Origin: Klebsormidium nitens
Taxonomy: Eukaryota > Plantae > Klebsormidiophyceae
Reading direction: 5' to 3'
DNA: 54,072 nt
Assembly (NCBI GenBank): GCA_000708835.1
Contig: DF237523.1
Span: forward strand, 4,252-58,323
The notes under the pieces are model-generated. The model searched no databases. It was not told the DNA's origin and saw only the letters and a program-made list of their open reading frames with translations. Positions within the stretch are counted from its first letter, which is position 1. Every line of letters begins with the position of its first letter. A program made the position numbers and the translations under genes. Below, piece by piece: positions 49,801-54,072 of this stretch.

Positions 49801-52800
49801 TGTCCTTGTTGGACCCGCCTTCTATACAAAGACATCCGCCGGCAACAATTGCAATACCTTCTAACCCCGGCAGCGACAAGATGTGATAGGGCAAGCGCGT
49901 GAGATGCTCAGGCTCTCTGTTAACGAAGTTTCCAAAAGCTGCTGCCCTTCATGCTTCTGGATTACCAGCAACCTCTGCGGATAATCGACTGTTTCAACCG
50001 CTGCATCGAAGATCAAGGGACTCAACTGTTTGACCGGGGGGTACAGGTGAAATTGGGGCCCAAGATGAACAACGGGCAATGAAGACACTACGCGAGCAAC
50101 AGTCACCTCTTCAAAGTCGCGGTTGATCGCCCGTAGAAAATGGTCGCTGGGGTTGCGGTTCTTGGGGCAGGGCACGCCGGCCGCCTCGAACATGGGCAGC
50201 GCCTGGCTGGCGGCGCCGAAGAAGAGCGTCTTGCCGCCGGAGAGGAGGCATAGCTTGTCAAACAGAGCAAACACTTCGCTGCAGGAGAGATTCGAGAAAA
50301 AGGGGTTTGAGCGGTTGTTAATCAATGTTTTTTGACAGACTGCAGAAGGGTCTTGCCGCCACCCCGGAAGAGTAGAATGTTGATTGGAGCAAAGATCACG
50401 CTGCAAAAGGTCGAAGAAAGGAGTTTTGGGGCGATCGTAAAGTGTCGAAAGGATGACAGAAGCAGAGGCGTTTTGGTAGCCGAAAAGAAACATAACGTGT
50501 CGAAAGGTGACATCTGTTTGAAGACGGCTGTCAAAGGAGCGCTTTTGGGCGATCTTTGTATCATTGACTTAGAGATGGGTACGGACGCGCTTTGCCGCCC
50601 GATAGCAGGTACTGCGTATCGAGAAGCGTAAATACTCTGGCTTCGGAAACGGAAGGCCGGAAGTGGGTGCGTTGCTACGACCTCAATGTCTGCAATATAA
50701 TTGTGTTGCGGGCTCGTGAAGTTGTGTGAAAGCGAATTGGTTCAAGGACCCAAGGACAAAACGCCGAGCAGCTCAGGATCAAAAACTTGTGCCGGTTCTT
50801 GAAAGGGATGTAACAGATTCAAATCAAAGGATCAAAGGATCTGATTTACACGGGCCCAGCTGTCGGTCCTTATGGGGCATCAGGTGAACGACCGATAAGA
50901 ATCTCGTTCCCGACTCGGTTAAGCTCAACTCAGAGTACCTTCTAATTAAAGCAACAAACGGAAAGGACTTGAAAAGCCCGCTTCTGAGCAACCCGCTTCG
51001 TTGCGGGCATCCAACAAACAACTCTCTTGCAAGAGACGAGATGAAGCAAAAGGAAAAGAAAGAGGAACGGAAAGATTGCAGGAAGGGCAACGAAGAATGA
51101 GAGTAGAAGAGGAGAGCAGAAGAGGAATAAAAGGAGAAAGCCAAGACAAAAAGGGGAATGAAAGCCGCAAAGAGGACAAAGCGGCCCGCACCTGCTGGGC
51201 TGGTGAATGACCGCCAGGATGGTCCGATTTTCGGACGCCAGCTTGCGGATGGAGGCCGTTACGAAGAAGGCGGCCGCGCTGTCCAGGCCGCTCGTCGGCT
51301 CATCCAAGAACTGCAGGATTGGATAACGGCTTTGCAAATGTTTCTCGTTTCGTCTTTCGTCGCGTTACTCTGATCGCATCCAACGACGGTCCTTTCTAGT
51401 TCGCAATTGCCCGGCAGCTTCCTGGCCCGTTCGTACCGATGGCGCGTGACTGCTTTCAGGCACGATAAGTAAACCGAATCGTGTGCACACACGGGGCATG
51501 CTTAACTAGCGTTGCTCAGGTAGCCTCGACTGTACTTATTAGGGAGACCGGAAGAGACTGCCGCAAATACTGACTGCTTCCCGGTGGGTATACTTCTTCA
51601 AGCAACAATAACCAAGCGGTTTCTAAGTATCGGATGGGAGAAAACAAACCGCGAACATGCTTACACTTAATCCATCGAGGATGGTCGCAATCAATAACCA
51701 GAGAGATGACGACAGATTCAGCAAGCAGCTGAGTCACAGGGGCTGAAGACATGCTTACCATCAAGCTTGGCTTTGTGATCAGCTCCATTGCAATGCTGCA
51801 GAGAGCGAAGATGCCAGCTTAGAACAGTGAAACAATTTCAACGATGAAAGAGGGCCTTTGCAAAGAAATTCTCGTTCTGGTTACCAGCATCTGATGCATC
51901 CAAGGGACATCTGACAGTGTTGCTACGACGCCCTATACAAGCGGCAGACAGGGCTTACGACACTGATCGTCGCGACTTGCAAAGGCCCATGTTCCAAAGC
52001 TCTGTCGTTCTGAGTTTTTGAACCAACTGTATCTTAAAATGGACTAAAAATGGACTCGGAGGCCAGTCAAACGTTCCAGAGAGGCTTGACACAAGTCTCC
52101 CTTACCTGACGCGCCGCTTTTGACCTCCACTGATTCCCCGGATGTGCCAATTTCCAATGTACGTATCAGCCACCTCGGAGAGGCCCATCTTCTGAATAAC
52201 CTCGCGCACGATCTCGTCCTTCGATCTCGGCGCGCGAGTAGCTCGCGGGCAGCCGCAGGCCCGCCGAGTACGAGATGGACTCGCGCACCGTCAGCGTGCC
52301 GATCAAATGGGCATCGTCCTGCGGGAGTGGAAACAAAGTGAAATGGTGCAACGGATGAGTGCCGTGCAGCGGACGCCAGTGTTAGGCTTTGTTACGTTGA
52401 AGCGTTCTTGTGAAGCGCTGGTGCTCCTAGTCCCCAGGTCTGGTTTTGTCCGCTTTTCTTCGGGCAGATTGGCTTGTGTAGCAAAGGCGGAATGCGGCAG
52501 GACGCAGCGAACAACAAAAAGTACGACGAGATCTGAGCGGCCCTCAGGTGCTGGCGAAATGTCCGTCGAGTCATAACTTGAGCGTTCTAGACCACGTGCG
52601 ATGGAGACTCAATTAGCTCAAGGAATAATAAAAGTTGACACTGGTTTCTCTCTCAAATTTGATTTTGGACCCTCTCGCAAGTGTTCGCAGATATACTAAA
52701 AAGCGTTTTCCATGTGACTTAGCGCCAGTCTATCTACAGGGGCTACTGAAGAAGTGCCGAATCAGCGGGATTGCTGAGAAGAACACAACAAACCTCTTTA

Positions 52801-53986
52801 ATTGACAACTTTCCACTAGCTTAATCCATCCAGGGCTTTGCGGGAGCGCACCATTGATGGAGAATAACAAGCCAACTCAAATCAGCATCAAAAAGGCAAG
52901 TGAAGCATCCTGTAAGTCACAAAGTATTCAGACTATTCTCTTGCTTTTTCAGTTCCTCTTACCTGGGTCACATACGCAGAGTTTCCGTATGACAGGCGCT
53001 GCGAGGTGCCGATGACAAGGACGTTCCCTTCCACACGTGCGTTCTTAGCTAGCCGTCCCGCAAGTGCATCGAGCAGGGTGGATTTGCCCCCACCCGAGGC
53101 ACCCATGATTGCCAGTAAAGACCCTGGCTCCACATAGCCTGAGGCATCTTTCAGAATTTCTCGTGTCTGCATGAAGATGGGGAAGAAAGTTCAAGACAAA
53201 ATAAAGTTACGCTGGTGGTTTTATATGTTTCCATTGCAATAGGTGCTCCGTTGCAGGTTGATTGACAAGATGAAGCTACTCTTGTAAGCTCCATGCTTTT
53301 GATTGAACACTAGAATCTCCTATGAAAACCTGGTTAGGCAGTTGAGTGCGCAGTGACGCTTGGAAATGGTTCATTCTTGTATTTCCAGTGAATAGGCACG
53401 CAGAAACGGTTCTTCATAGCCGTCTTGTAAGCCAGCAAATCATAGAGCTTTACCCAGTCCTTCCTGCAAGGGACTACAGTCTCTTCCATAGATGTACTGC
53501 TGGAGCTTTCTCTATTAATTGGGGCTCATTGACTGCTCATTCATTGCTGGTGGCATACTGAGTTCAGGAGCAATAGCAACCATGTACCTGCTTCCAAAAG
53601 GTGGTGCGAAAGGTGATTAAGCTCAACAAACATATAACATCCCCATTTTAACCCATGAATAAGTAAACCTCCGTTGGCTCTATGGGCGCCTCGCCTTTCC
53701 TGAGTTAGCACCCGTGTTGGCAATATCTGAGAGACAAGCACCTCCTGTAAACCAGCAACATCAGCCACCAAGCACTTCATAAGTCGAACGCCATTTGAGG
53801 CCAGCTCAATTTAATCAATGCAATCACGTCACTCACCTTTCCTTTCGAATCAGGCACGGTCACCGTCAGCTTCTCCCACGACAAACTTACAGGCACCTGG
53901 CGCAGGTCTCCCGAGTCTACAGGCAGCTGAGATTCGGGGTCTCTCCCCAGCTGAATCTCCTGGACTACGGTCGCTCTCGACCCCAT
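43883..53986 (-). CDS. ABCG: ABCG (WBC, ABCG11-like) half-size ABC transporter, 13 exons, ~643 aa if a 4-nt insertion in exon 3 is removed; possibly a pseudogene
   Basis: Exons 53986-53837, 53166-52963, 52318-52106, 51795-51759, 51310-51192, 50278-50107, 49650-49528, 48925-48811, 48042-47938, 47182-47073, 46468-46276, 45295-45037, 44018-43883. Walker [10 protein letters not shown], signature [10 protein letters not shown], Walker [31 protein letters not shown]. Total 1936 nt (frame +1). Confidence 0.9.
44535..45000 (-). repeat. Array of four degenerate copies of the ABCG exon-12 3' end plus 5' splice site
   Basis: Unit ACCAACGAGTTCACCGGGCTCACGTTCGAGAACCGG..GG..CTCCCGCGGCTGACCGG|GTGGGTTTGC, marked at 45031 (true), 44921, 44799, 44678 and 44540; spacings 110/122/121/138. 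Confidence 0.95.
45360..45790 (-). repeat. Three degenerate copies of the ABCG exon-12 5' part (one with acceptor) in intron 11
   Basis: Copies translate [47 protein letters not shown].. and [26 protein letters not shown], versus true [40 protein letters not shown]. Confidence 0.88.
48137..48168 (-). repeat. Duplicate of the ABCG exon-9 acceptor forming a 14-nt AG..GTAAGT-bounded micro-exon candidate
   Basis: GTGTATGTTCAG|TGCGCAGCTACACC|GTAAGT versus true GTCTATGTGCAG|TGCGCAGCTTCACC; 23/26 identical; offset 114. Confidence 0.8.
50341..50505 (-). repeat. Two degenerate copies of the ABCG exon-6 5' part in intron 5
   Basis: TGCAG|CG..TTTGCTC..GGCGGCAAGAC at offset 122, and a 24/38-identical copy ([12 protein letters not shown] vs [12 protein letters not shown]) at offset 242. 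Confidence 0.75.
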
Positions 53987-54072
53987 TCTGGCTGAATGGT
54001 TTCTGGTGGTTATGAACCGACTGGGATTGCAACCTAATGCTTGTGCCACACCAAATTGAGCTACAAGACTGT

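Noticed and set aside
68-54049. Most short ORFs in the supplied track
   Set aside because: They are antisense or off-frame shadows of exons, or random intronic ORFs, many starting at non-ATG codons.

Overview
Eukaryotic nuclear DNA with intron-rich genes (GT-AG introns, CTGAC/CTAAC branch points). It is most likely a streptophyte green alga of the Klebsormidium type (inference from gene content, plastid transit peptides and intron style). Splicing the six-frame ORFs by hand gives nine multi-exon genes: AAR2 (-), SnRK1 beta subunit (+), a secreted SBP56/methanethiol-oxidase-like beta-propeller with an 8-Cys N-terminal module and a 1-nt frameshift (+), an NmrA-like atypical SDR (-), plastid ribosomal protein L35 (+), CDI nucleotide-sugar transferase (-), a DUF4336 protein (-), plastid KAS III/FabH (+) and an ABCG11-like half transporter with a 4-nt frameshift (-). 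Also present are an orphan serine-carboxypeptidase exon, a ~516 bp MITE candidate and several small tandem repeats. The most striking unexplained structure is a recurrent 'exon echo' pattern. In at least six introns of two unrelated genes (NmrA-like, ABCG), decaying copies of the neighbouring splice site plus exon end sit next to the functional exon, mostly ~110-140 nt apart. Acceptor echoes lie upstream of the exon and donor echoes downstream. Exon coordinates were read by eye and checked for frame consistency; family assignments are from recalled motifs, not database searches.
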